From Betaproteobacteria bacterium (GTDB taxonomy: Bacteria > Bacillota > UBA5301 > DYFA01): a stretch of 64,000 bases of DNA. The notes under the pieces are model-generated. The model was not told the origin of the DNA, did no database searches, and saw only the letters and a program-made list of their open reading frames with translations. Of the stretch, positions 48,274 through 56,986 are shown one piece after another (the first letter of the stretch is position 1; each line of letters starts with the position of its first letter). The stretch spans positions 33,355 through 97,354 of the forward strand of contig JBLNCL010000016.1 in NCBI GenBank assembly GCA_050260635.1, in the 5' to 3' direction. A program made the translations under genes and the position numbers.

Positions 48274-50316
48274 ATGTCATTGATCGCCAACCTCGGATCA
48301 TGGGCGCTGGTCCTGGGACTTGCTGGCGCCGTCGTCACGCTCGCCGCTTATGTTCTGGGGCTCCGCCGCCCCGGCTCCACCTGGGTCGGCACCGCCAACT
48401 CGCTCACCAACGTGCTGGCCGTTCTGACCAGCATCGCCGCGGCGGCTCTGGTTTACCTGCTCCTGGCGAGCGATTTCTCAATCCAATACGTCTACGAATA
48501 CACCTCGAGCGATCTGCCCTGGCTGTACAAGCTTTCGGCCTTCTGGGCGGGACAGGCCGGGTCGCTCCTGCTCTGGCTCTGGCTCCACACCCTCTTTGCG
48601 GCGTGGGTCACCAACTCCGTCCGGGAGGAGGAGCAGCCGCTCCTTCCGTACGCCTCGGCCATCATGGCGGCCATTTCCGTCTTCTTCTTCGTGATCGTGG
48701 CCCTGCTGGCCAACCCGTTCCAGCGGATGCCGCAGGTGATGACGGAGGGGATGGGGCTCAACCCGCTCCTGCAGAATCTTGGGATGGTGATCCACCCCGT
48801 CACGCTGTACCTGGGTTACGTCGCGTTCGCCGTGCCGTATGCCTTCGCCCTGGCAGGTCTCCTGACCGGCGACAAGCAGGGCATTTGGCTTAAGCCGGCC
48901 CGCCGCTGGGCGCTCTTCGCCTGGATGTTCCTCTCCATCGGCCTCATCTACGGCGGCCAATGGGCCTACGTGGAGCTGGGGTGGGGCGGCTATTGGGCCT
49001 GGGACCCGGTGGAGAACGCCGCCCTCTTCCCCTGGTTGGTCGGGACCGCCTTCTTCCACTCGGTTCTGATGTACGAGCGGAAGGGCATGTTCAAGGGGTG
49101 GACGGTAGGGCTCATCGTCGCCACCTACGCGCTCTGCGTCTTCGGCACCTTCCTGACCCGCTCGGGCCTTCTCCAGTCGGTCCACGCCTTTCCCGCGAAC
49201 CCCCTGATGACGGTGGTCTTCCTCTCGCTCATCTTGCTCGTGGCGGGGGGCGGAGCCTGCCTCATCGCCACCCGTCGGCGGATGCTGGCCGGGTCAGGTG
49301 AGGTGGAGGATTACTTGACCAAGGAAGGGACCTTCCTGCTCAACAACCTGATCCTGGCTGGGGCGACTTTCGCCGTGGTTTACGGGACGATGCTGCCCTG
49401 GCTTTCCAAGACCTTCGTCGGGCGGGAGATCTCGAGCGGCAAGGCCTTCTTCAACTCGGTGACCATTCCGCTGGCGCTGGCGCTGCTCGTGGTACTCGGC
49501 CTTTGCACCCGAATCCCCTGGAAGCTTCCCGGCAAGGCAGAGAAAGACGGCGGGCGGGGAGACCTGCCGGCTGACCTGGCCTGGTCCGGGGCGGGGGCGG
49601 CCCTTCTGGCGGTGGCGCTCTTCGCCTTTGGGGTGCGGCACCTCTTTGCCCTACTGGCCCTGGCGGCCTGCGCCTTTGTCGCCCTGAGCACCCTGGTCCA
49701 GCTCGGCAAGGAGGTCCAGGAGCGAGCCCGCCGGACGGGCGAGAATCCCCTGGCCGCCCTGGGCAACCTCTTCGTCCACCAACGCCGCCGGATGGGTGCC
49801 TACGTGGTCCACCTGGCGGTGGTGATGATGATCGTCGGTTTTGCGGGCAACGCCTGGAACCAGGAGGTCCAGCAGACCGTTCGTCCCGGCGAGCAGATTT
49901 CGCTCGGTGGCTACACCATGACCTTCACCGGGCTGCGGGAGGAGCGCCAGGGGCGGGTGACGCTGGTCTACGCTCCGGTTGAGGTGACCTACCGCGGCCG
50001 CGCCTTCGGACTGCTAAAGCCGGGCGTCTCCTTCCACCCGGACTACGCCAACACCGGCCAGGGGGAGAAGAACTCCGCCGAGGTGGCCGTCAAAGGCAAC
50101 CTGCTCTCTGACTTCTACGTCATCCTCGCCTCCTGGGGCAGCGGCGGGGAGGACGCCACCTTCAAGGTCCTCGTCAACTACCTCGTCAACTGGGTTTGGA
50201 TCGGCATGTGGACATTGGTCCTGGGGACCCTGATGGCGGTCTGGCCGGTCCGCCCGGCAGCCGCCGCGGTCAAGCCGGAAGCTGCCCGGCGGGAGGCTGC
50301 CCGAACGGGCAAGTAG
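48274..50316 (+). CDS. ccmF: Cytochrome c haem lyase CcmF
   Basis: 680 aa, many TM helices, WGGYWAWDPVENAALFPWL tryptophan-rich (WWD) motif. Confidence 0.9.
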   Translation: MSLIANLGSWALVLGLAGAVVTLAAYVLGLRRPGSTWVGTANSLTNVLAVLTSIAAAALVYLLLASDFSIQYVYEYTSSDLPWLYKLSAFWAGQAGSLLLWLWLHTLFAAWVTNSVREEEQPLLPYASAIMAAISVFFFVIVALLANPFQRMPQVMTEGMGLNPLLQNLGMVIHPVTLYLGYVAFAVPYAFALAGLLTGDKQGIWLKPARRWALFAWMFLSIGLIYGGQWAYVELGWGGYWAWDPVENAALFPWLVGTAFFHSVLMYERKGMFKGWTVGLIVATYALCVFGTFLTRSGLLQSVHAFPANPLMTVVFLSLILLVAGGGACLIATRRRMLAGSGEVEDYLTKEGTFLLNNLILAGATFAVVYGTMLPWLSKTFVGREISSGKAFFNSVTIPLALALLVVLGLCTRIPWKLPGKAEKDGGRGDLPADLAWSGAGAALLAVALFAFGVRHLFALLALAACAFVALSTLVQLGKEVQERARRTGENPLAALGNLFVHQRRRMGAYVVHLAVVMMIVGFAGNAWNQEVQQTVRPGEQISLGGYTMTFTGLREERQGRVTLVYAPVEVTYRGRAFGLLKPGVSFHPDYANTGQGEKNSAEVAVKGNLLSDFYVILASWGSGGEDATFKVLVNYLVNWVWIGMWTLVLGTLMAVWPVRPAAAAVKPEAARREAARTGK

Positions 50317-50329
50317 GGAGGGAGCCGGC

Positions 50330-51049
50330 ATCATCCGGGCGGAAGGGCTGGGGAAGCGGATCGGCGACCGGCAGATTCTCTCGGGGGTCTCCCTCGACCT
50401 GCCGACGGGCCAGTTTCTCACCATCTTCGGGCCAAACGGAGCGGGGAAGACCACCCTGCTCCGCATCCTTTCCCTGCTCATCAGGGCGAGTGAAGGCCGG
50501 CTGACCATCGACGGCGTGGCCGTGGACGACGATTCGGCCCAGGCTCTCCGGCGCTCGATCGGCGTCCTCTCGCACCACACCTACCTGTACGACGACCTGA
50601 CCGCCGCGGAGAACCTCCGTTTCTACGGCCGGATGTACGGCGTGGAAGGCCTCGACCAGCGCATTCCGGAGGCGCTGGAGGAGGTGGGGCTCTCCCTCTA
50701 CTTCCATGACCCGGTCCGCCACTTTTCCCGCGGCATGCAGCAGCGGCTGGGGATCGCCCGGGCCATTCTCCACCAGCCCTCGCTGCTCTTCCTGGACGAG
50801 CCGTACACCGGACTGGATCCGCAGGGGAGCGCCGTGCTGACTCGGATCCTCGGGCAGCTCAAGAGCGACCGCCGGACCGTGGTGATGATCACCCACAACT
50901 TCGAAGAGGGGCTGGCCCTGGCCGATCAGGTGATGATCCTCTCCCGGGGGCGGGTGGTCTACCAGGCGCCCCGGGCCGAGGTGGACCGGGCAAACTTCGC
51001 CGGGGAGTACCTGGGTCGGGTGGGAGGGGTGGCGCTATGTCCTTCCTGA
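50330..51049 (+). CDS. ccmA: Haem-export ABC ATPase CcmA; the start coordinate is uncertain because there is no in-frame ATG, GTG or TTG upstream of Walker A
   Basis: Walker A GPNGAGKTT at 50429-50455 lies upstream of the first canonical start (GTG 50516). A strong AGGGAGGGAG SD at 50315-50324 is followed by ATC ATC. Confidence 0.65.
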   Translation: MIRAEGLGKRIGDRQILSGVSLDLPTGQFLTIFGPNGAGKTTLLRILSLLIRASEGRLTIDGVAVDDDSAQALRRSIGVLSHHTYLYDDLTAAENLRFYGRMYGVEGLDQRIPEALEEVGLSLYFHDPVRHFSRGMQQRLGIARAILHQPSLLFLDEPYTGLDPQGSAVLTRILGQLKSDRRTVVMITHNFEEGLALADQVMILSRGRVVYQAPRAEVDRANFAGEYLGRVGGVALCPS

Positions 51050-51714
51050 GCCGGATCTGGGCCATCGCCGCCAAGGACCTCCGGGCGGAACTGCGGACGA
51101 AACAGATGTCTTCGGCCATGCTAATCTTCGCCTTCCTGGTGATCGTGATTTTCGCCTTCGCCTTCGACCCGACCCGGCAAAGCCTCTCCTTCATCCTGCC
51201 CGGGGTGATCTGGGTGGCCTTCTTCTTTGCCGCCCTGTTGGGGCTGAACCGGTCCTTCGTGGCGGAAAAGGTCAACGACTGTCTCCACGGCCTGATGCTG
51301 GCCCCCGTGGACCGCTCCGCCATCTACTTCGGCAAGGTTCTGGCCAACTTGATCTTCACCCTGGTGGTCGAGGCGGTCTCGCTCCCGCTCTTCTTCGTCT
51401 TGTTCAACTACACACTACAGGGATCCTGGCCGCTCCTGGGGGCAGTGGTGGTGCTGGCGACCTTCGGGTTTATCGCCGTGGGGACGTTCCTTGCGGCCCT
51501 GGCGGCCAACACCCGCACCAGCGAGATTCTGCTGCCGGTGATTCTCTTTCCCGTGGCGGTGCCGGTGGTCATCGGGGCGGTCCAGGCGACCCGCGGGATT
51601 CTGGCGGGGGCTGCTTTCTCGGACTACCTGCCGTGGTTCGGGGTGCTCGGCGTGTACGGCGCCGTTTTCCTGGCTGTGCCGTTTCTGCTTTTCGAGTACG
51701 TCCTGGAGGGATAA
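51037..51714 (+). CDS. ccmB: Haem exporter permease CcmB
   Basis: Six TM helices; CcmB-like; overlaps the ccmA stop. Confidence 0.85.
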   Translation: MSFLSRIWAIAAKDLRAELRTKQMSSAMLIFAFLVIVIFAFAFDPTRQSLSFILPGVIWVAFFFAALLGLNRSFVAEKVNDCLHGLMLAPVDRSAIYFGKVLANLIFTLVVEAVSLPLFFVLFNYTLQGSWPLLGAVVVLATFGFIAVGTFLAALAANTRTSEILLPVILFPVAVPVVIGAVQATRGILAGAAFSDYLPWFGVLGVYGAVFLAVPFLLFEYVLEG

Positions 51715-51723
51715 CCGGGAGGG

Positions 51724-52410
51724 ATGAACGTGGCTGAACGCGGCGCTTGGCTGTCCTGGGCGACCTTCTGCGGGGTGGCGGCTTCGCTCTACCTGGCGCT
51801 CCTGTACGCGCCGGAGGAGGTCACCATGGGCCCCGTCCAGCGCATCTTTTACTGGCATGTCGGAGCGGCCTGGGTCGGGTTGCTCCTGGCGTTCAGCGTG
51901 GTCTTCGTGGCGAGCCTCGCCTATCTGCGCACTCGCCATCGCCGCTGGGACACGCTGGCCCACTGTTCCGCCGAGATCGGGGTGCTGTTCACGACGATCG
52001 TCCTGCTCACCGGGCCGATTTGGGGGAAGGCCGCCTGGAACACCTACTGGACCTGGGACCCGCGGCTCACCACCACTCTGGTGCTCTGGTTCATCTACGT
52101 AGCCTACCTGGTGGTGCGGGGCACGGCTGAGGGGAGCGAGCGGAAGGCGCGGCTGGCCGCAGCCTTCGGGATCATCGGCTACGTCGACGTGCCGCTGGTC
52201 TTCCTCTCCATCCGGTGGTGGCGGACGATCCATCCGGTGGTCGTGACCGCGAAGGGCTTCAACATGACGCCCGAAATGGTGACGGCCATGCTGGGCGGGA
52301 TCGCCGCCTTCACCCTGCTTTACTTCTGGTTCATGCAGCAGCGGCTCCGTTTGGAGGAACTCCGCCGGCAAGTAGCGGATTTGAAGGACGAGCTGCGGGA
52401 GGGGGTCTGA
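51724..52410 (+). CDS. ccmC: Haem exporter CcmC
   Basis: WGKAAWNTYWTWDPRLT WWD motif and conserved His residues. Confidence 0.85.
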   Translation: MNVAERGAWLSWATFCGVAASLYLALLYAPEEVTMGPVQRIFYWHVGAAWVGLLLAFSVVFVASLAYLRTRHRRWDTLAHCSAEIGVLFTTIVLLTGPIWGKAAWNTYWTWDPRLTTTLVLWFIYVAYLVVRGTAEGSERKARLAAAFGIIGYVDVPLVFLSIRWWRTIHPVVVTAKGFNMTPEMVTAMLGGIAAFTLLYFWFMQQRLRLEELRRQVADLKDELREGV

Positions 52411-52413
52411 GTC

Positions 52414-52551
52414 ATGAGGATGTTGTTCATCGGGTACACGCTGGTCTGGGTGGCCCTCTTCGGCTATACCCTGTATCTTGCGGCGCAGCAGCGCCAACTG
52501 GCCCGGGAGCTGTCGCTGCTAAAGGAAGTCGTCGGGAGGAAAAAGGCATGA
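52414..52551 (+). CDS. ccmD: CcmD-like small single-TM protein (45 aa); absent from the ORF track because it is shorter than 60 aa
   Basis: MRMLFIGYTLVWVALFGYTLYLAAQQRQLARELSLLKEVVGRKKA; lies between ccmC and the next gene, with an ATGA overlap downstream. Confidence 0.5.
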   Translation: MRMLFIGYTLVWVALFGYTLYLAAQQRQLARELSLLKEVVGRKKA

Positions 52552-53252
52552 GCCGAACCAACTACTTTCTCCTCATTGGGGTCATCGCGCTCCTGGCGGT
52601 GGCCGTGGCCGGCGGGCAGCTTGAGTTCCGCCGCACCCATCCGGCCGGGAGCCCCAGCGCCAGCGCAGCGCCGGGCGGTGCCGGGGAGGTGGCACCGGAG
52701 CTGCCGCCGGGTCACCCGCCTACAACGGGTGCCGGCTTCGGCGACGGAAGCGGTTCCCCCGCCGTCGGGCAATCCGCGGGCGCGGCCGGAAAGCCGCTGA
52801 CCATCGCCGACCTCGACCAGGGGCCGGGACCCAATGACGGGAAGCCGTTCCCGAACGAGGTTAACGGCCTTCCCCGGACGGCCCATTCCACCGGCGCCGA
52901 GGCCCTGGCAGAGATCAGCAAGCTCCACGGGAAGGAGATACCGGCTACCGCAGCCGAGATTGCCACGTATGGCAAAGGCCAGGAAAAGGTGATCGTCTGG
53001 ATGACCGCCTCCACCACCAAGGAGGAGGCACGGGAGCTTTTCCGGAGGATGCTGGAGCGGATGGAGGCCAACCCGACCCCTTACACCAAGCCCGAACTTT
53101 TGAACATCAAGAATAGGGCGTATTTCTCCACCCGGGGCAACGGGATGCAGCATTACTTCTACCTTCGCGGTGCCCGCATCTACTGGGCGGCGCTCCAGGT
53201 GCCCATGGACAAGATGATGGGCGTGATGTCGTTCATCGTGAACCAGCTTTGA
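52548..53252 (+). CDS. Hypothetical membrane-anchored protein (one N-terminal TM, Gly/Pro/Ala-rich linker, Cys-free C-terminal domain), translationally coupled to the ccm operon
   Basis: ATG at 52548 overlaps the ccmD-like stop; no CxxC or LRCxxC motifs, so it is neither CcmG nor CcmH. Confidence 0.5.
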   Translation: MSRTNYFLLIGVIALLAVAVAGGQLEFRRTHPAGSPSASAAPGGAGEVAPELPPGHPPTTGAGFGDGSGSPAVGQSAGAAGKPLTIADLDQGPGPNDGKPFPNEVNGLPRTAHSTGAEALAEISKLHGKEIPATAAEIATYGKGQEKVIVWMTASTTKEEARELFRRMLERMEANPTPYTKPELLNIKNRAYFSTRGNGMQHYFYLRGARIYWAALQVPMDKMMGVMSFIVNQL

Positions 53253-53260
53253 GCCGCGAC

Positions 53261-53300
53261 CGAAAATTTGTTTGCCTTGTCGCCCGTGCTGTGCTAGAAT
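53261..53300 (+). promoter_or_regulatory. Candidate sigma-A promoter (TTGCCT-17-TAGAAT, 53272-53300) overlapped by a degenerate Cheo/LexA box CGAAAATTTGTTTG (53261-53274)
   Basis: Read directly from the sequence upstream of lexA; two mismatches to CGAACN4GTTCG. Confidence 0.45.
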
Positions 53301-53336
53301 CAAGGAGGAAATGACTGGGCGAGGGGGCGGGCAGCG

Positions 53337-53927
53337 GTGAAGGGGCTCTCACCGAAACAGGAAGCGGTCCTGCGTTACCTGGAGGAAGTCTCGGCGGCTG
53401 GACGCCAAATGCCCACCGTGCGCGAGATCGCGCAAGCGGTGGGCGTTTCTTCGACCGCTACGGTCCATCAGCACCTGGCGGCGCTGGAGACCAAGGGCTA
53501 CATCCGGCGCGGCTCGTACAAACACCGGGCGATCGAGTTGTCCAACGCCCGGTCGGCGGTGAACGTCCCGCTGCTGGGCCGGATCGCGGCGGGCCAGCCG
53601 ATCCTAGCGGCTGAGAACCGGGAGGAGGAACTGCCGCTCCCCCGGGACCTGGTGGGGGAGGGCGAGACCTTCGCCTTGACGGTCAAGGGCGAGTCCATGA
53701 TCGAGGCCGGTATCTTCGACGGCGATCTGGTCGTCGTCCGGCGTCAGCCGACCGCTAACAACGGAGAGATTGTCGCCGCCCTGGTTGGCGACGAGGCAAC
53801 CGTAAAGTTTTTCTACCGGGAGGCCGACCGCATCCGCCTCCAGCCTGCCAACTCCGCCATGGAGCCCATCTACGTCCGGGAGGCCACTATCCTGGGCAGG
53901 GTTGTCCTGGTCCTCCGCAAGCTATAA
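53337..53927 (+). CDS. lexA: LexA repressor (S24 peptidase)
   Basis: MKGLSPKQEAVLRYL HTH domain; GESMIEAGIFDGDLVVV S24 catalytic Ser region and a Lys further on. Confidence 0.85.
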   Translation: MKGLSPKQEAVLRYLEEVSAAGRQMPTVREIAQAVGVSSTATVHQHLAALETKGYIRRGSYKHRAIELSNARSAVNVPLLGRIAAGQPILAAENREEELPLPRDLVGEGETFALTVKGESMIEAGIFDGDLVVVRRQPTANNGEIVAALVGDEATVKFFYREADRIRLQPANSAMEPIYVREATILGRVVLVLRKL

Positions 53928-54011
53928 GCTCCTTTCGGCGCGTCACGCCCAGAAAGAGCTCTCCATTCGGGCCAAAGGCACATATGATGGCCCCGAAAGG
54001 GGGAGTGCCTG

Positions 54012-54689
54012 ATGGCGTTCACCTACCTGATTCAGCCGGGGGACACCCTGGACAGTCTAGCGGAGCGGTTCGGCGTCTCGCCCGAGTCGCTGGTCGCCGC
54101 TAACCATCTGGTCCAACCGGGAGCGCTGGTCCCGGGGCGACCGCTGCTGATCCCCGACCTGCCCGGGGGATTGGTTTTGGGGGCCTTTCCGACTGATGGC
54201 TGGGTGCCGCGGGAAGCTTGGTTGAGCGGCTCCGCTGAGGAAGGCTTGGGCGAAGAGGCGGCCGACGAGGCTCCCCGGGCGGTGGTGGCAGAGCGCATGT
54301 GGCGGATCCGGTTGCCCTTGCCGAACATCGCGGTCGGTTTGGTGGACCATGTCCTCCTGACCTTGCACGCCGCCCCGGCCCGGCCGCGGGTGGGCCAGCC
54401 GGTGACCATGAGGTTGATCGCCCTGAACGTCGGCCCTGCTCCCCTGATCCTGCGCTACCCGACGACCCAGAGGGCCGAGTTCGTCGTAACCCGGGACGGC
54501 GAGGAGGTTTTCCGCGCCTCTCGCGATCGGGTGTATGCCCAGGTAGTCCGGGAGGTGACGCTGGCCCCCGGCCAGGCGGAGGTGGCGGTCGAGCGGTTCA
54601 TCCCCGAGACGCCCGGCGCCTACCGGATCGTCGCCTGGAACCTAGCGCTGGCCCGCGCCCGCCTCGATGTCACCCTGACGGTGGCGTAG
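54012..54689 (+). CDS. LysM domain-containing protein
   Basis: YLIQPGDTLDSLAERFGVSPESLVAANHL LysM motif at the N-terminus. Confidence 0.6.
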   Translation: MAFTYLIQPGDTLDSLAERFGVSPESLVAANHLVQPGALVPGRPLLIPDLPGGLVLGAFPTDGWVPREAWLSGSAEEGLGEEAADEAPRAVVAERMWRIRLPLPNIAVGLVDHVLLTLHAAPARPRVGQPVTMRLIALNVGPAPLILRYPTTQRAEFVVTRDGEEVFRASRDRVYAQVVREVTLAPGQAEVAVERFIPETPGAYRIVAWNLALARARLDVTLTVA

Positions 54690-54794
54690 GGAATCTGCTG
54701 CCCCGTCCGGCAGGCCGGAGCAGGGGCTCGGCCGTGTTGGGCGAATCATGCCCGTTAGGACTACCGACAGCCTGGCAAGGGAGGGGCCGAGGAA

Positions 54795-55424
54795 ATGAAG
54801 CGGACCGATTTCTACGATGTGGTGGCTGGGCGGCGGAGCGTCCGGCGGTTCAAGCCCGATCCAGTGCCGGAGGCGGAGGTCCGGGAGATCGTCCGGCTGG
54901 CGACTTTGGCTCCCAGCGCCTCGAACCGGCAGATGTGGAGGTTCGTGGCGGTGGCGGACCCGAAACTGAAGGCGGCCATGCGGGAAGCCGTGGAGCGGGC
55001 CATGGACGAGCTGGCGGAGGCGGCGCCGGGGGTCAAGGGCGTGGCGGGGATGAAGAGCTGGGGCCTCTTCTTCGCCGACGCGCCGGTGGTGATCGCGGTC
55101 TTCGGAGAGGAGTACCGCTCTCGCACCGACGAGGCCCTGAAGGCTCGGGGGCTGGCGGCGGCCGAAATCGACCGGCTGCGGGCCCGTCCCGACATCCAGA
55201 GCATCGGGGCAGCGATCCAGACGCTGATGCTGGCCGCCCAGGCCAAAGGCTACGGGACCTGTTGGATGTGCGCCCCAGTCCTCGCCGCCCGGGAGATCGA
55301 GCGGCTGCTGGGGGTCGAGGAGCGGTGGCGCCTGATGGCGCTGGTGCCGCTGGGAGTCCCGGCCGAGCAACCCAAGATGCCCGCCCGCAAGCCGCTCGAG
55401 GAGGTCTACACCTATCTGGGCTAG
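54795..55424 (+). CDS. Nitroreductase family protein
   Basis: RRSVRRFKPDPV...APSASNRQMWRFV signature. Confidence 0.8.
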   Translation: MKRTDFYDVVAGRRSVRRFKPDPVPEAEVREIVRLATLAPSASNRQMWRFVAVADPKLKAAMREAVERAMDELAEAAPGVKGVAGMKSWGLFFADAPVVIAVFGEEYRSRTDEALKARGLAAAEIDRLRARPDIQSIGAAIQTLMLAAQAKGYGTCWMCAPVLAAREIERLLGVEERWRLMALVPLGVPAEQPKMPARKPLEEVYTYLG

Positions 55425-55427
55425 GGT

Positions 55428-56711
55428 CTAGGCGGGTTGGGTCACGCGCGCCCAGTGGCGAAAGACGCGGCCATAGCCGAGGCCGGGCGAGAGGAGTTCC
55501 TCCACCCGGTCTTCCCATTTCCCCTGCCCTGCTCCGGCCTGGATGAGGGAGCGGAGGATTCCGGCGCCGCGGACGTCACCGAAGAGGACGGCGCCGACGA
55601 GGCGGCCGTCCCGGAAAACGAGCCGCCGGTAGAAGCGGTCGCCTGCCCGGCGTTCGTGTATCCGGTAAGAGGGATCCTCAGCCGGAGGGTTGACGTGGCC
55701 GACGGTGATGACCGACAGATCCCCCCAGTGGAGAGAGTTTTCCGAGAGGGACCCCGGGTAGGCCAGGCTGGCTCCGGACGGGGCAGCCAGATTCAGCCCG
55801 GCGATCCGCCCCTGCTCCACGGCGTTGCCCCAGAGGGCATTGACCCGCCGCTCGTCCCGGGCCAGATCCCAGGTCTCGGCCACGTCGCCGGCGGCGTAGA
55901 CCCCTGGGCGGGAGGTGCGCAGGAACTCGTCCACGACCACACCGCGGTTTACTGCCACGCCGCTTCCGACCAGCCACCCGACGTTGGGCCGGACCCCCTT
56001 GCCGACGACCACGAGGTCGCAGGGGAGTTCCCGGCCCTGGTCGGTCACCACGTGGAGCGTCCGGCCGTTACCCCGCACCTCCGCCACGCTCTCCCCGAGC
56101 AGGACCGTCAGGCCAAACCGCGCCAGGTGAGCGAGGACCAGTCCGGCGGTCACCGGGTCGAGCATCTGCGAGAGAACCCGGGAGGAACTCACGACCATGG
56201 TCACGGCTAGTCCCAGGGTATGGAGGGCTTCCGCCGCCTTGAAGGCCACCAGCCCGCCACCCACCACGACCGCCTGCTTCGCCCCCTGGGCGGCTTGGCG
56301 GATCGCCTGAGCGTCCGCCCGGGTCCGCAGCGTGAAGACCCCGGGTCGGCCGGCGCCAGGGACCTCCAGGCGCTGCGGGGAGGCCCCGGTGGCGACCAAG
56401 AGCCAATCGAAGCCGACCCGCTCGCCGCTCTCCAGCTCCAGGGCGTTTTCGCCCGCCCGGAGGCCGGCCACCCGCTGGCCGAACCGGGCTTCGATACCCC
56501 GTTCCCGGTAAAAGGAACCGTCCACGAGGAAGAGCCGCTCCAGCGGAACCTGCCCAGAGATGGCGTAGGAGGTGAGGACCCGGGAGTAGGCCGGCCCCTC
56601 CTCCCCGTCGATCAGGATGATCTCCGCCTCGGGCGCTGCCGCCCGGAGGGAGCTGGCAGCCGCCAGCCCCGCGGCGCTGTTGCCCACAATGACGTACCGC
56701 ACCGGACGCAC
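55428..56711 (-). CDS. FAD/NAD(P)-dependent pyridine nucleotide-disulfide-family oxidoreductase
   Basis: YVIVGNSAAGLAAA and a second Rossmann VVVGGGLVAFKAAEAL. Confidence 0.75.
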   Translation of the reverse strand: MRPVRYVIVGNSAAGLAAASSLRAAAPEAEIILIDGEEGPAYSRVLTSYAISGQVPLERLFLVDGSFYRERGIEARFGQRVAGLRAGENALELESGERVGFDWLLVATGASPQRLEVPGAGRPGVFTLRTRADAQAIRQAAQGAKQAVVVGGGLVAFKAAEALHTLGLAVTMVVSSSRVLSQMLDPVTAGLVLAHLARFGLTVLLGESVAEVRGNGRTLHVVTDQGRELPCDLVVVGKGVRPNVGWLVGSGVAVNRGVVVDEFLRTSRPGVYAAGDVAETWDLARDERRVNALWGNAVEQGRIAGLNLAAPSGASLAYPGSLSENSLHWGDLSVITVGHVNPPAEDPSYRIHERRAGDRFYRRLVFRDGRLVGAVLFGDVRGAGILRSLIQAGAGQGKWEDRVEELLSPGLGYGRVFRHWARVTQPA

Positions 56712-56716
56712 CTCGC

Positions 56717-56986
56717 TTAACCCCCGGCTGCCGGGGGGATGATGGTCAGCTTGTCACCTGGTTTGAGTCGGGTATCGAGCCCGTCCAGGAAAGCTATGTT
56801 CCGTCCGTTTACGAGGAGGTTATAGAGCGGCTTGACCTCGCCCGTGGCGGCGAAGAGTTCCGCCGCCACGGCGGGGCCAAACCGCTCCACCACGCGTTCC
56901 AGCGCCTGCCGGACCGTCTCTGCCTCCACCTCGACCGTGGGGGTGCCCGTCAGGCGACGGAGGAGCGAGAAGAACTGGACTTCCAC
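56717..56986 (-). CDS. MoaD/ThiS-family sulfur-carrier protein (C-terminal GG)
   Basis: ~89 aa from GTG 56986, ending ...IIPPAAGG; beta-grasp-like; overlaps the AOR 3' end by ~37 nt. Confidence 0.55.
   Translation of the reverse strand: MEVQFFSLLRRLTGTPTVEVEAETVRQALERVVERFGPAVAAELFAATGEVKPLYNLLVNGRNIAFLDGLDTRLKPGDKLTIIPPAAGG

Noticed and set aside
52215-52547. 5' extension of the 345-aa ORF (52215-53252) across ccmC/ccmD
   Set aside because: It overlaps ccmC in another frame. The internal ATG at 52548 is coupled to the ccmD-like stop and starts the hydrophobic anchor, so the upstream part is not coding.
53928-54011. Possible intrinsic terminator after lexA (GCCCCGAAAGGGGG hairpin)
   Set aside because: The stem is short and imperfect and is not followed by a U-tract, so it is not reported as a feature.
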